From Mobula hypostoma (taxonomy: Eukaryota), in assembly GCF_963921235.1 (NCBI RefSeq), contig NC_086109.1, positions 15,378,001-15,442,000 on the forward strand: DNA of 64,000 bases, read 5' to 3'. Made by a program: the position numbers and the translations under genes. A model generated the notes under the pieces. That model was given only the letters and a program-made list of their open reading frames with translations, was not told the origin of the DNA and ran no database searches. How positions within the stretch are numbered: position 1 is the stretch's first letter; every line of letters begins with the position of its first letter. Positions 24,835 to 36,814 of the stretch are shown here, piece after piece.

Positions 24835-25143
24835 TTTCCCCGCTGATCCTAACGCTGTCACCCAAGCTTCAAGAGTGCTTCAAGGTGCAATCTTGCGATA
24901 ATAGGGGGGTGTGGTGGAGTAAAATTGGAAGCAAAATCTCTTAAGTGTCAAGAGGGCATCTTAATGCATGTTGTAAGTGGTAAAGATAGATCCAGCGGGC
25001 TACACCGGCTCTAAGATCTCATCCACACTTTACGAGCAAATGGCATCCCACTCCATGAGCTGGCGGTTTCTGGCAGTGCTTGTGAATTATGCTTCATTCA
25101 GCATTTGTAGGAAGCGATTGATCGCTGTCTCAGTGGGCTGATA

Positions 25144-25173
25144 CTGAAAGGGAAAAAATAAGCCGGGTTAGTG
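25144..25173 (-). promoter_or_regulatory. Splice acceptor and branch point of the LRRN2 coding exon (exon starts at 25143)
   Basis: Minus strand reads CACTAAC-ccggc-TTATTTTTTCCCTTTCAG|TAT: consensus branch point about 24 nt upstream of a pyrimidine tract and AG. Confidence 0.8.
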
Positions 25174-25369
25174 AATTGCTTTGGATAAGGTGCATTTTTT
25201 TTTGTTAAATAGTAGCTTATGTGCTGATGGAAATTAGATTAATTAATTAAAAACAATATCATTAATCAACATGCTATTTATTTACCTCAGAGTGACTACT
25301 GAGGCACTTCTGTAAAGAAATATGCATTAGTAAGCTACACGTTTTCAGTTTGGTTGATAATTTTAACAA

Positions 25370-25880
25370 CTCTTCTCACTGCTACCATAAGAGAGGAGAT
25401 ACAGGAGTCTGAAGACACACACTTGATGTTTCTTCACCTGCACCATCAACTTTACGAATAGTCCATAAACCCATGAACACTATTAACTCACTATTAAGCT
25501 CTCTTTTTGCTTTATTGTTAATATATTCTTATTGTAACTCACAGTAATTCTTCTATGAATTGCACTGTTGAACCAAGAGTGCCTTCATAGTTGGGAGCAA
25601 AATACAAGTCTGAGCCAGCAGGTGCCTCTCCACCCAGGACATCCCTTCTTCTCCGTGCTACTATCAGGGAGGTACAGGAGCTTGAAGACACACACTCAAA
25701 TCTGCCATCAGATTTCTGAATGCACAATGAACCCATGAGCACCTCCTCACTATTTTTTTGCTCCCTTTCTGCCCTGCTTAATTTTTTAATATGTATTTCT
25801 TATTGTGAATTATGGTACAATTTATGTCTTGAACTGTACTACTGCCTCATAGCAACACATTTCACTACTTATATAACTTA
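25370..25880 (+). mobile_element. Two short Rex1/Babar 3' fragments
   Basis: ctaccat...ggagatacaggagtctgaagacacacact motifs (LPSGRRYRSLK-like). Confidence 0.65.
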
Positions 25881-25895
25881 TATAAAAGTCTTTGG

Positions 25896-25937
<42 letters not shown>

Positions 25938-25940
<3 letters not shown>

Positions 25941-26211
25941 AATTTTCTCACCCCTTATGGGTGGTGTGTTTGTGTATTTTCCCTCAATCTTGGGTCCTCT
26001 ACCAGAGGCCTGGGGGCTTGAGGGTTTGGCACAGGACCCTTGCTGTTTCTAGTAGTGCACTCTTCTGCACTGAGGTCTCAGAAGTTGTTCTTGGGATTTG
26101 TTGGAGCCACCCTCCCAGTCCAGGAGTCACAGCTCCAAGTGCTCCTATCACCACTGGGATTACTCTGGCTTTAACCTTTCACATCCTTTCCATCTGCTCT
26201 TTCAAGCCCTG
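25938..26211 (-). mobile_element. R4/Dong/Rex6-clade non-LTR retrotransposon 3' fragment abutting a (CA)n tract
   Basis: Minus strand GLKEQMERM*KVKARVIPVVIGALGAVTPGLGGWLQQIP...SVQKSALLETARVLCQTLKPPGLW; its 3' end runs into (CA)n at 25899-25937. Confidence 0.75.
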
Positions 26212-26928
26212 GAAAGGGAGAGGGGAGGGAGCAGGAAGCACCGGAGAGACATTCTGTAACGATCGATAAACCAATTGCTTGTAATCAAATGACCTTGCCT
26301 GCTGTCTGAAGGCTGGCTGTGTCTGTAATCGTGGCCCCCCCCCCACTTCTGGCACCCCTTCTCTGTCACCGGCCCCACAGCCATCCTGCAGTGTTCTGCC
26401 TTCACCATTTCCAACATCCTTTGCTCCCGCTAGCTTTACAAATGTGTTCTCCATTCCATGTTGAAAAGTACAGTTCTGTGCACAAGTTTTGGGCTACCTA
26501 GCTATATATGTATATCAGCCTAAGATTTTTACACAGTATTTTTTTGTTTTATTGTAATCTATAGTTTTATTTATGTATTGAACTGTACTGTATGATACAG
26601 GTGATATTAAACCTGATTCTGAAGGTACAAGGCTATTATCAAATAAAGGGGGTCTCGACATGGAAATGGATACTGCTTTCTCTTCAGTAGATCTACTGTG
26701 TTGGATTGAAATTCTCCTCACTTCCATTCCCCCGACACCAAAATCAAGTGAGTTTGGGAAATTCTATTCAGCGTTCTGCAATAGCAGGTGTACAGCTCAA
26801 TAAATGTGCTCACAAATTGCCGTGTCATAAAGCTCACTGGGATCTGAAAAGACAATGCCTTAGATCCCTGGCAATCCTGAGGTTGAGTTAAACTCGGCAT
26901 CATGATTTGAATATATTAAATGTATCTA

Positions 26929-27021
26929 CAGTACTGTGCAAAAGTCTTAGGTACACACACAGTTTTATATATATGTATATAGATAGATAGATAGGATGCC
27001 TCAGACCTTTGTACAGTCCTG
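26929..27021. mobile_element. Tc1-type mini-MITE; related copies at about 26471-26540, 35840-35983 and 36368-36426
   Basis: TA-CAGTACTGTGCAAAAGTCTTAGG...CCTCAGACCTTTGTACAGTCCTG-TA inverted ends around a TA-rich core. Confidence 0.65.
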
Positions 27022-27249
27022 TACGCAGTTTTTTATATCATTTCCTGTGTGGGTTAATTTTGATTCAATTTGAAGCATACGATGGAAAGACATCCATCTC
27101 CATCCTCTCTTGATTTGCCCTTGAACCAGCAATATGTGTGAACCCTCAGTTTTTGTTAATATTGGTAAATATTTATTCAATATAATACTGTACGAACTTC
27201 TCAGACATCCTCGCTATGCGCCTAAGACTGCATGTTGATCAATGGCCCC

Positions 27250-27730
27250 TTCCACTGCCAAGATGAGGCCAATCTCAGATTGGAAGAGCAACACTTCATG
27301 TTCTGTCTGGGTGGCTTCCAACCTGGTCGCATGAACATTCTCCCCTCCCCCCCTTCTTCCATTCCTCATTCTGGCCCCCTACTTACCTCTTCTCCGTATG
27401 GGCCTATGTCACCTCCCCCAGTTCTCCTCCTTCCCGTTCTCACACGGTCCACACTCCTCTCCTATCAGATTCCTTCTTCTTCAGCTCTTTGTCTTTTCAC
27501 CAGTCACCTCCCAGCTCTTATCCTTTCCTCTCACCTGGCTTCACCTATTACCATCTAGCTTGTATGTATTTCCCTTCCCCCCCATCCTGCCCCCACCTTC
27601 TTATTCTGGCTTCTATCCCCTTTCAATCCAGTCCTGATGAGGGGTCTTGGCCTGAATCATTGACTCTACTCCTTTCCACAGATGCTGCCTGACCTCCCAA
27701 GTTCCTCCAGGATTTTGTGTGCATTACTCA
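27250..27730 (+). mobile_element. Penelope-like element 3' part with terminal repeat and mutated hammerhead
   Basis: HCQDEANLRLEEQHFMFCLGGFQPGRMNI, pyrimidine-rich spacer, CAGTC-CTGATGA-GGGGTCTTGGCCT-GAATC at about 27629-27658. Confidence 0.75.
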
Positions 27731-29261
27731 GACCATAATAAATGCAGTGATTTATAGGCTGGGACTAGACATAAAATGACTATGAAAGCTGCCACATCAT
27801 TATAAAAAAGAATCTACTGGTTCATTAGTGCTCTACCACTGAAGGGAGCTGTCTTTCCTTGCCCAATTTGACCTTCATTGACTATAATCCACACTGAGTG
27901 GTTGACTGCTAATGGCATTTTGTCAGTAGCAGCCCGAACAATTGCAGCTCAAAGTGACGACATATTAAAATTAATGCTTATGTCAGCTCCACAAATTTAA
28001 ATAGAGCTCCATTCAGTCTGCTTTGTTTCTACTAATATTTAGACAAATGGATGCATATTTCCTGACTGGAAAAGGTATCAGACTAATGTTTAACACCACT
28101 GGACTATATCCCTGTGGGTGTTTTCTGTTCATACACAGATTAATGCTTGTGTGCTTTTGTCTGTAAAACTTGCGCATCAGAAATGGCCAGAAAATTCTTT
28201 GTGCTCCCTGTGACTATCAGTTTAAACATCTGCAGGCCCGCTCAGCACTTGCATGTGTGATCAACAGGGAATACCTGATGTGGTTAGCTTTCTGCCTTGG
28301 GACAGAAATGGCTCAGTCAGCAGGCTGAATGCATAAAGGGTCTCCATCATACTACATTAAGCAAACACTATGGAAGTTGCAACAGAAATTCCCATTGGCT
28401 CATAACCGCAGGAGAAGCCCCTTGATCCCTTCTGCTATTCAGTTACATCACCGATATTCTTCATTTTAACTCTAGCTGCCTGTTTTCCCTCATGTATTTT
28501 AATAGCCATATTTAAAAAAAATATGCCAAATGACCCCTACTCCTCTGCTACCTTTAATCTAGTCAGGTGGGATTTAGCCCAAACTATAATCATTTGATGG
28601 TTGGATTACTGAATCATTTTAAGGAGATTGCCTGTCTAATTTTAATTCAGTTTTGACATCTGCAGGACCTCAGGGCACTCAAGGGAGGCTTCTAGACTGG
28701 ATCCTTCAGGTTAATGCCTTCAAAGCTTTGCGTACAGAAGAAGCAATAAGACACTCCCCTGCTCCATATTCTACCCCCACCACGGTATCCCACTGAGCTG
28801 CCAAGCATTCAAAATCACCCTCCTCCCACTTCAGGTTTATCTCCAATCCCTGGATAACCTTGTCAGGCACTCGGAGACTCTTTCAATCTGGTTGTGACTG
28901 GAAAGCGAGATGAAGATGTTTTAAACATGTCTTGCCTTTGAACTTGGAAGTAACGATGGGAAATATGACCTTCAGGGCTTTCTCGCTGCTTCCCACCTCA
29001 CTCTTGCCAGCATTCTCCCTTGTGATCATTGGTGGAACCTTAATACTTACAAATGGGGCCTGGAATTTACAGGCCATTTTCGGACGACTTACTGAGTGAA
29101 GGTATCATGTGTCGTCTTGAGCAAGAAGAGGCCAGTGCTTGACACCCACCCGGGGTTAAGCAATCTGAGACATGGCCTTCACTCCCACACGTGGTTCTTT
29201 CTAACCAGCTCAAATTCATTGTTTTAATTATTGTTTAGTGTGCTTTTCTGGAAAGTGCACA

Positions 29262-30320
29262 ATCAGATTTATTGTCTCTGATGTATGACATAAAAGTTGC
29301 TTAGTGGCAGCAATACAGTGCAAGACGCAAATATCTATAAATTACCAAAAATAAGCCGTGCAAACAAAGGAATAATGAGGTAGCATTCATGGGTTCATGG
29401 ACTGTTCATAAGTACGATGGAGGAGAGGATGAAGCTGTTCCTAAATCGTTTAGCGTGTTTCTTCAGGTTCCCCTACCTCGTGCCCGATGATAGCAATGAG
29501 AAGAAGGGCATGTCCTGGACGGTGAGTGTCCTTAATGATGAATGCCAGCTTCTTGAGTACCATGTCTTATCGAAGTGCTCACTGGTGGGGAGGTTTGTGG
29601 CAGTGATGGAATCAGCTGAGACTGTACCCCCTGAAGACTCTTGTAATTTTGTGCTTTGAAGGCTCTATACCAACTGGTGATGCAACCAGTCAGAATGCCA
29701 TACATCTGTAGAAATCCGTAGGAGTTTTGGGTGACATACCAAATCCCCTCAAGCTCCTCATGCTGCCATCCCTTCTTCTTGATTGCATCAATGTGTTGGA
29801 CCCACTGAGATGTTGGTGCTGAAGAACTTGAAGCTGTTTACTCTTTCCATTGCTGACTTCCCAATGAAGACTGGTGTGTGTTCTCCAGATTCTTCTCACT
29901 ACTACCATTGGGCAGGAAGTACAGGAGCCTTAGATCCCACACACTAGATTCAGGAAAAGGTATCACCCCACAACCATCAGGTTCCGGAACCAGTGTAGAT
30001 AACTTTACTCACCTCAATGCTGAACTGACTCTACAGCCTAAAGAATCTTTGCACTTCTGTTGTTTCTCTGTCTTTGTTGATGTATATTTCTTATAAATTC
30101 TATTGTAATTCTTTACTTCCCTATAAATATCTGCAAGGAAATAAATTTCAAGATAGCATATGTTAATAATAAATTTACTGTGAACTTTGACATTTGAACT
30201 TTGGGTTCTTCTTCCTGAAGTCCACAATCAGTTCTTGGCCTTGCTGATGCTGAGTGCACTGTGCCATCACTCAACCAGCTGATCTATCTCACTCCTGTAC
30301 GCATCCTCATTGCCATCTGG
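29262..30320 (-). mobile_element. Decayed Rex1/Babar LINE with a nested plus-strand Rex 3' fragment (about 29890-30200)
   Basis: RSLRGFGMSPKTPTDFYRC on minus; FSLLPLGRKYRSLRSHT on plus; the host resumes at cttcctgaagtccacaatcag. Confidence 0.7.
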
Positions 30321-30712
30321 GATTCTACCAACAAGGGCAGATATTGAATATTAAGATTGGGTCAGATTTTATGGGATCATGCTTTTCACAGTCAAATATC
30401 CTGAATTATTATTTTTTTTTGTGTGCCATACTCTGCCAGAGCCTTGGCAACTACTTTTTTTTCAAGTGGTTGTCTTGGAGAAAAGATTCTGTGAGTGGTC
30501 CCCCACGTCCTCACAGCGCAGTCTGTTTTTTTATGAGGCCGAGTTGCGAGCCCGGCACGGATGGAAAGCGTGCCGGGAGCGGCCCGACTGGGTTCGAACT
30601 CGGGAACCGTCGCTCCACTGTGCCACCAGCCAGCCCGCCTGAATTATAGGAGTGAATATAAAAGGAAAGGTCAGCAGTGCTCTTTGGGATCTCTGACGTC
30701 TATGGTTTATTA

Positions 30713-31760
30713 CACTGCACAACAAAGATTTTACTTCCTGAATGCTTTTGGGTGTATCTTATGGATTTTGAGCTACTGGTCATGAAAAGCACCACGAAGC
30801 TACCCTATCATGCACCATTTTTTAAAAAGAATTGTCTATATATGGTATTTCAATTCATATTTCAAGTCAGAATAACTGATGTCAAGATTAAGAAAGGCAG
30901 TTTTGTTCGTCCACAAATTAAAAAAGGTCATCAATAAAGGCAATTTGAAAAACTTCTAGTAGGACCAGAAAAAAATCACATGGAAGGCACTTAAGGGTGT
31001 TGTTGAAAATTTTCTTGGCAACCTCAGAGCAGTAAGTGACGTGCAACTAGTTGACGACATGCTTCAAGCATACAGAACCATGAAATCCAACATGTCGCTA
31101 AAGAGTCATTTCTGCATTCCCATTCAGACTTCTTCCCTGCAAATCTTGGCACTGTCAGTGATGAGCATGGTGAAACATTTCACCAGGACATTGTGGTCAT
31201 GGAGAAATAGTATCAAGGCAGCTGGAATCCATCAATACTGGCTGATTATTGTTGGACACTTAAGCACAAAGCCTCAGAAAATGAGTACAAATGAAAATCA
31301 TCAAGAAAACATCTTTAGTCTAGTTGAACTATTGCAAAGCACTGTTATGCAATTAAACATATTATTCAATAAAAGTTAATTTCTTGTTTCTTCCAATTTC
31401 TGTGATTCAAGTAGTCTGAAATTATAAACACAAGAACATCTGCGAATGCTGGAAATCCAAAGTAACACAGACAAAATGCTGGAGGAACTCAGCAGGCCAG
31501 GCAGCATCTAAGGAAAAGAATAAACAGTTGATGTTTTGGGCCGAGACACTTCTTCAGGACACCTGATGAAGGGCCTTGATCTGAAACGTCGATGATTTAT
31601 TCTTTTCCGTCGATGCTCCCTGGCCTGCTGAGTTCCTCCAGCATTTTGTGTGTGTTGCTTCAGTCTGAAATTATATTTGTGTTCAGTTTCAAGTGGTCTA
31701 TCATAAACTAAAAAAAAATTCTGTGAAAGCAACACTTCTTAAAAAAGCTGTTGTCCACTG
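30713..31760 (+). mobile_element. Internally deleted DDE DNA transposon (SDEHGExFHQD-type transposase; exact family uncertain)
   Basis: Decayed peptides ITDVKIKKGSFVRPQI, NFLGN, MSLK, FLHSHSDFFPANLGTVSDEHGETFHQDI...YQGSWNPSILADYCWTL; imperfect TIRs CACTGCACAACA / TGTTGTCCACTG. Confidence 0.7.
31427..31661. mobile_element. Palindromic Penelope-repeat insertion with 14-bp TSD
   Basis: AGTCTGAAATTATA at 31413-31426 and 31662-31675; two terminal-repeat arms joined head-to-head at 31560/31561. Confidence 0.85.
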
Positions 31761-32619
31761 TTAGCACTGTCTTATGTGACGTGAAACTTGTTTGTGGCAG
31801 CAGTACAGTGCAGAGGCAGATTTATTATGCAATATTACAAAAAATAAATAGCTACTAAAAAGAAGGACGAATGAAGTAGTGAAGAACAATGATGAGTCTT
31901 CAGGTACAAATGGAGGAAAAGGGATAGAAAATTCATCAGGGCAGGATATAGTTAACACCCCCGATTATACCTCATTCCCCAGTTGAAGCAGTTTATTTAA
32001 ATTCAGTCTCCTTAATTGCCACAATACATTGTGAATAGCAAGGCACTTCCTACTGTGACTCGCGGCCTGGATTTACAGCTGGTTCGTAGAGCACAGCTCA
32101 TTACGAACCAGATATTTCATGATGTTTTCATTACGGCTGCTACACTGGGATTTCCACCAGGGAAATGTTTCTTCTCATGGAATACAGGGTCCTGATTGCT
32201 TATGCAAATACTTCCACTTCTTTGATTCCATTGTTTTTGTTTTAAATGTTTTGACCTCGGGAGCTAAGAAATGGCTAACCTTGGCTGCTGAGAAATAAAT
32301 AGAATCTTATATGCAGGCAGCTTGACAAGTCACTGTTCATTTTTATGGTTCCGGGTGTTAATTTAAAAGACAATCTTCATTGTTTCCCTGGGGAAGATTT
32401 TGTGCTGCGCAGAGAAAAGAACAGTTCCTACTTGCAAAGACCCATTCAAAAGTGGTACCTCTTCAAAGAATTCATATTTATTTATTTTTTGTAATATTGC
32501 ATATAATACAATTCATATAATACCCAGATGTCGCAGAGTGATTTTTAAAGTGTGGTCACTACTGTAGCATTGGAAATACCAAACCTAACATGAAAACCAA
32601 TCACAGAAAAATGAGTTCA

Positions 32620-34082
32620 TCACAGGAAAAGGTCTCCCCACCCACCACTGAGCACATCTGCAAGGAGCACTGCTACAAGGAAGCAGCATCCGTCATCAAG
32701 GAGCCCCAATCATCTGTCATCAAGGAGCCCCAATCATCCGTCATCAAGGAACCCCATCATCCGTCATCAAGGAGCTCCGTCATCCGTCATCAAGGAACCC
32801 CATCATCCGTCATCAAGGAACCCCATCATCCATCATCAAGGAACCCCGTCATCCGTCATCAAGGAGCTCCGTCATCCATCATCAAGGAACCCCCGTCATC
32901 CATCATCAAGGAGCTCCGTCAACCGTCATCAAGGAGCTCCGTCATCCGTCATCAAGGAACCCCATTATCCATCATCAAGGAACCCCATTATCTATCATCA
33001 AGGAACCCCGTCATCCGTCATCAAGGAACCCCGTCATCCGTCATCAAGGAGCTCCGTCATCCGTCATCAAGGAACCCCGTCATCCGTCATCAAGGAGCTC
33101 TGTCATCCGTCATCAAGGAACCCCGTCATCCGTCATCAAGGAACCCCATCATCCATCATCAAGGAACCCCGTCATCCGTCATCAAGGATCCCCATCATCC
33201 GTCATCAAGGAACCCCGTCATCCATCATCAAGGAACCCCGTCATCCGTCATCAAGGAGCTCCGTCATCCGTCATCAAGGAACCCCATCATCCGTCATCAA
33301 GGAACCCCATCATCCTTCATCAAGGAACCCCGTCATCCATCATCAAGGAGCTCCATCATCCGTCATCAAGGAACTGCATCAACCGTCATCAAGGAACCTC
33401 ATCAGCCATCATCAAGGAGCCCTGTCATCCGTCATCAAGGAACCCCGTCATCCGTCATCAAGGAACCCCGTCATCCGTCATCAAGGAGCCCCGTCATCCG
33501 TCATCAAGGAACCCCATTATCGAGGCCATGCTCTCTTCTCACTGCTGCCATTAGGAAGGAGGTACAGGAGCCTGAGGTCCCACACCACCAGGTTCAGGAC
33601 TAGCTATTACCCTTCAACGATCAGGTTCCTGAACCAACGCGGATAACTTCACTCACCTCAACACTGAGCCAATTCCACAACCTATGGATTCACTTTCAAG
33701 GACTCTACAACTCATGTTCTCCGACTGATTGACGAATTGATTGATTTGTTTATTCATCCATCCAGCCATCCATTTATTTATTAAAACAGCCTGTCTGTTT
33801 AATTAATTAATTTGACAGTTTTATTTATTTATTGTAGATTTATGTATTTAATTTCAATTTATTTTTTTGTTTGTTTTTAAATCATTTATCTATTATTTAG
33901 TTATTTATTTATGTGTTTGTACAGTTTGATTTTTTTCCACATTGTTTTATCACTGGGTGTAGATTTTCATTGAGTCTATTGTATTTCTTTGTTCTACTGT
34001 GAGTGTCTGCAAGGAAAAGAATCTCAGGGTTGTATATGGTGACAAATATGTACTTCGATTATAAATTTACTTTGAACTTTGA
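32620..34082 (+). mobile_element. Rex1/Babar LINE 3' fragment carrying an internal minisatellite
   Basis: PTTEHICKEHCYKEAASVIK before the array; GHALFSLLPLGRRYRSL after it; AATAAA-like signal and TTTGAACTTTGA tail. Confidence 0.8.
32686..33520 (+). repeat. 23-bp minisatellite, about 36 copies
   Basis: Unit TCATCCGTCATCAAGGAACCCCG with GAGCTCC and GAGCCCC variants. Confidence 0.95.
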
Positions 34083-34244
34083 GCACAGAAAACTCCCACA
34101 ACAATGTAATATGATGTTGATTGTGGGATAAAGATTGGGCAGCACACCAGGACAAACATCTCTGGTCCTTGAAATAGCATCCTTTGATTTTTTTTTACAT
34201 CAGCTGAAAAGCAAATAGGACCTTGGTTTAAAATGGCGCAGAAT

Positions 34245-34850
34245 TAGAATCAGTACAATTATCACTGACATATGTAGTAAAACTTGTTGTTTCTGAGGTA
34301 TTAGTACAGTGCAATACATAAAATATACCATAAATTACGATAAGAAATATATATTAAAAATAAGCACCATGAAAAGAGAGCAAAAAATTAGTGAGGCAGT
34401 GTTCGTAAGTTCATTGTCTTTTTAGAAGTCCAATGGCAGAGGGGAAGAAGCTGTTCCTGAATCATTGAGTGTGTGCCTTCAGGCTCCTGTACCTCCTCTC
34501 TAATGGTAGCAATGAGAACAGGGTGATGGGGGTCCTCAATGACGAATGCAGCCTTTTTGAGTCGTCTCCTTTTGAGGATGTCCTCGATGGTGGGGAGGCT
34601 AGTGCCTGTGATGGAGCTGGCTGAATCCACAACCCTCCACAGCTTTTCCCAAACCTGGGCAGTGCCCTCTGCCCTTCCCCCCCCATACCAGGTGGTGATG
34701 CAACCAGTTAGAATGCTCTCCATGGTACATCTGTAGAAACTTGCTTTGTATGCCTTTGCTGACAAACCAAATCTCCTCAAACTCCTAATGAAATATAGTT
34801 GCTGGTGGAAATTGAAACAGCTCACCCTTTCCACTGCTGACCCATCCATA
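34245..34850 (-). mobile_element. Rex1/Babar LINE 3' fragment
   Basis: LYFIRSLRRFG...FYRCTMESILTGCITTWYG...LPTIEDILKRR. Confidence 0.85.
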
Positions 34851-35414
34851 AGCACCTCCAACAGTGTCGTGCTCCTCAGTGCTAACCATGTAGAATGCGT
34901 ACAAAACAGATTGAAGAAGATCTTCAATTCACAACTTTCTGACTGGGAGGCATTTTCAGATTATGAATCCTCTATCACAATCACTTTACTCTGGCTGTGT
35001 AGTCAAGCTGGTTTTACAGATTTTTTTTTTGTTTTCCGTCTCCTTTCCCTGTAGCAGTTCAATTAGTAACTAGCAGAATGTCACGCTGCATTAATTTAAT
35101 ACTTCTCAGTACTACCTGTGTACGCTCGCTGCTGGAAACACATGGCTGGGCGACTCCCCTCAGACAATGAGTCTGACAATTTAGAAGGAGGAGATATATT
35201 CACCCTCAGCTATCTGGAAGAATGCAGATATCTAGAGGAATTGGTACTGAGAGGGTTAATATTCTCATTTCAGCTGGAACTCCTGTCCTGCTAGATAAAT
35301 TGTCCTGTAAATGAATGCTACAGACATGCTAATGGCTGGAGTGGTATTGAAGTCATAAAATACTGCATGTGGTTGTCCAGGGAACATTGAAGATGGTGTT
35401 TTGAAATTGGAGGA

Positions 35415-35660
35415 CTGTGAGAGTGAGAGCGAATGAGAGCGAGAAAGAGGAGGAAGGGAGAGAGAGAGAGTTAGAGAAGGGAGAGAGAAAGTAAGGGAGG
35501 AGGGATAGAGTGTAAAAGCATGACAGAAAGAGGTGGGATAGAAAGAGGAAAGGCAGAGCGAGAGAGGTGAGACGTTGAGACAAAAGGGGCAGAGAGATGT
35601 ATAGAGGGAAAAAAGACAGAGGTTGAGTGACGGGGGGAGAGAGATAGAGAGAAGTTTAAA
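35415..35660 (+). repeat. (GA)-rich polypurine low-complexity tract
   Basis: Direct reading. Confidence 0.8.
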
Positions 35661-36814
35661 GGAAGAATATATGAGAAGGGAATCTTGTTGAAGTGTGGAA
35701 TGCTCACCAAGGATTTGGAAAGATAAATCAGAACCAGGTGGAAGGGAAAGGTCACATCTTCTACCTGCAGGGTCATGGGATTGTTCATCTCCGAATTGCT
35801 AATTGCTATTTTCATATTGCTGTTTAAGTTCTACACACACAGTACTGCGCAAGATATCTTAGGCATACATATTAACATAGTCATACTTTATTAACGAAAA
35901 CCAATTTCCCCCAGGATTAATAAAGTATGACTATGACTATGACTATATTAGGCTAGGGTGCCTAAGACCCTTGCGCAGTACTGGATTTGTCAATGTGGAG
36001 TGGAGAGCAAGTTTGTAAATCTGGCGGGAACAAAGAATGCTGGGAATGGTGAGGGTGGATTGCTGCGTGAGGGGTGTGAGACGGGTGCCAGAGAAGGAGT
36101 GCTGTGGCGGGGGGGCGGTGGGTTACGTGGGTATAGACACACCCGGTTCTGAGGCACAAGGGAATTTGGTTTATTGATCATTATAGAATGTTCCTCTGGT
36201 GCTTCCTGCTCCCTCCCCTCTCCCTTCCCCTTTTCCCAACCATGATTCCCCTCTCCCCGACCCCTTCCCACTCTCAGTCCACAATAGAGACCTGTATCAG
36301 AATCAGGGTTATCATCAATGAAATTTGTCTTTTTTTGCAGCAATGTTAAAGTGCAATGCATAAAATTACTATGGTAAAAGTCTTTAGCACATCGCTAGGG
36401 TGCCTAAGAATTTTTCACAGTACAGTATATATGTATACATAAAATTGTTGCTAATATTGAATAATTGAGGAATGCATCCAAAATGACTTCAAAAGCAATT
36501 TTACCCAAAATATAATTAGTGTGTTGTAGCCATGACTATCTTTCAGGAACAGAAAAATGCAACTTCAATTTCCAGTTGGGTGACCTCAGCATCTAATGTC
36601 TAGTTCTTATTTTATACTTAAATTCCTTGAAATTTATCATTAACCTTACCTGGCACAGACAAAATCTTTGCGCAAAGTCCAAATGGATCCGGAAATCGGG
36701 GCAAAGGTGACAAAAGTACAAATCAATCTCAGTAGTCTTAAATGAAGTTCTCTGGAATAAGGAGTGGACTTCTTCCTGAAAACTTGCTTCTGCTGTAAAG
36801 AAACACAAGGCATT

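Noticed and set aside
24835..24861. 721-aa ORF start (MTALGSAGK...)
   Set aside because: It begins at GTG; the ATG at 24834 directly precedes the signal peptide and has A at -3.
32590..33603. 337-aa ORF
   Set aside because: Stop-free 23-bp repeat inside a LINE; the peptide cycles through three frames.
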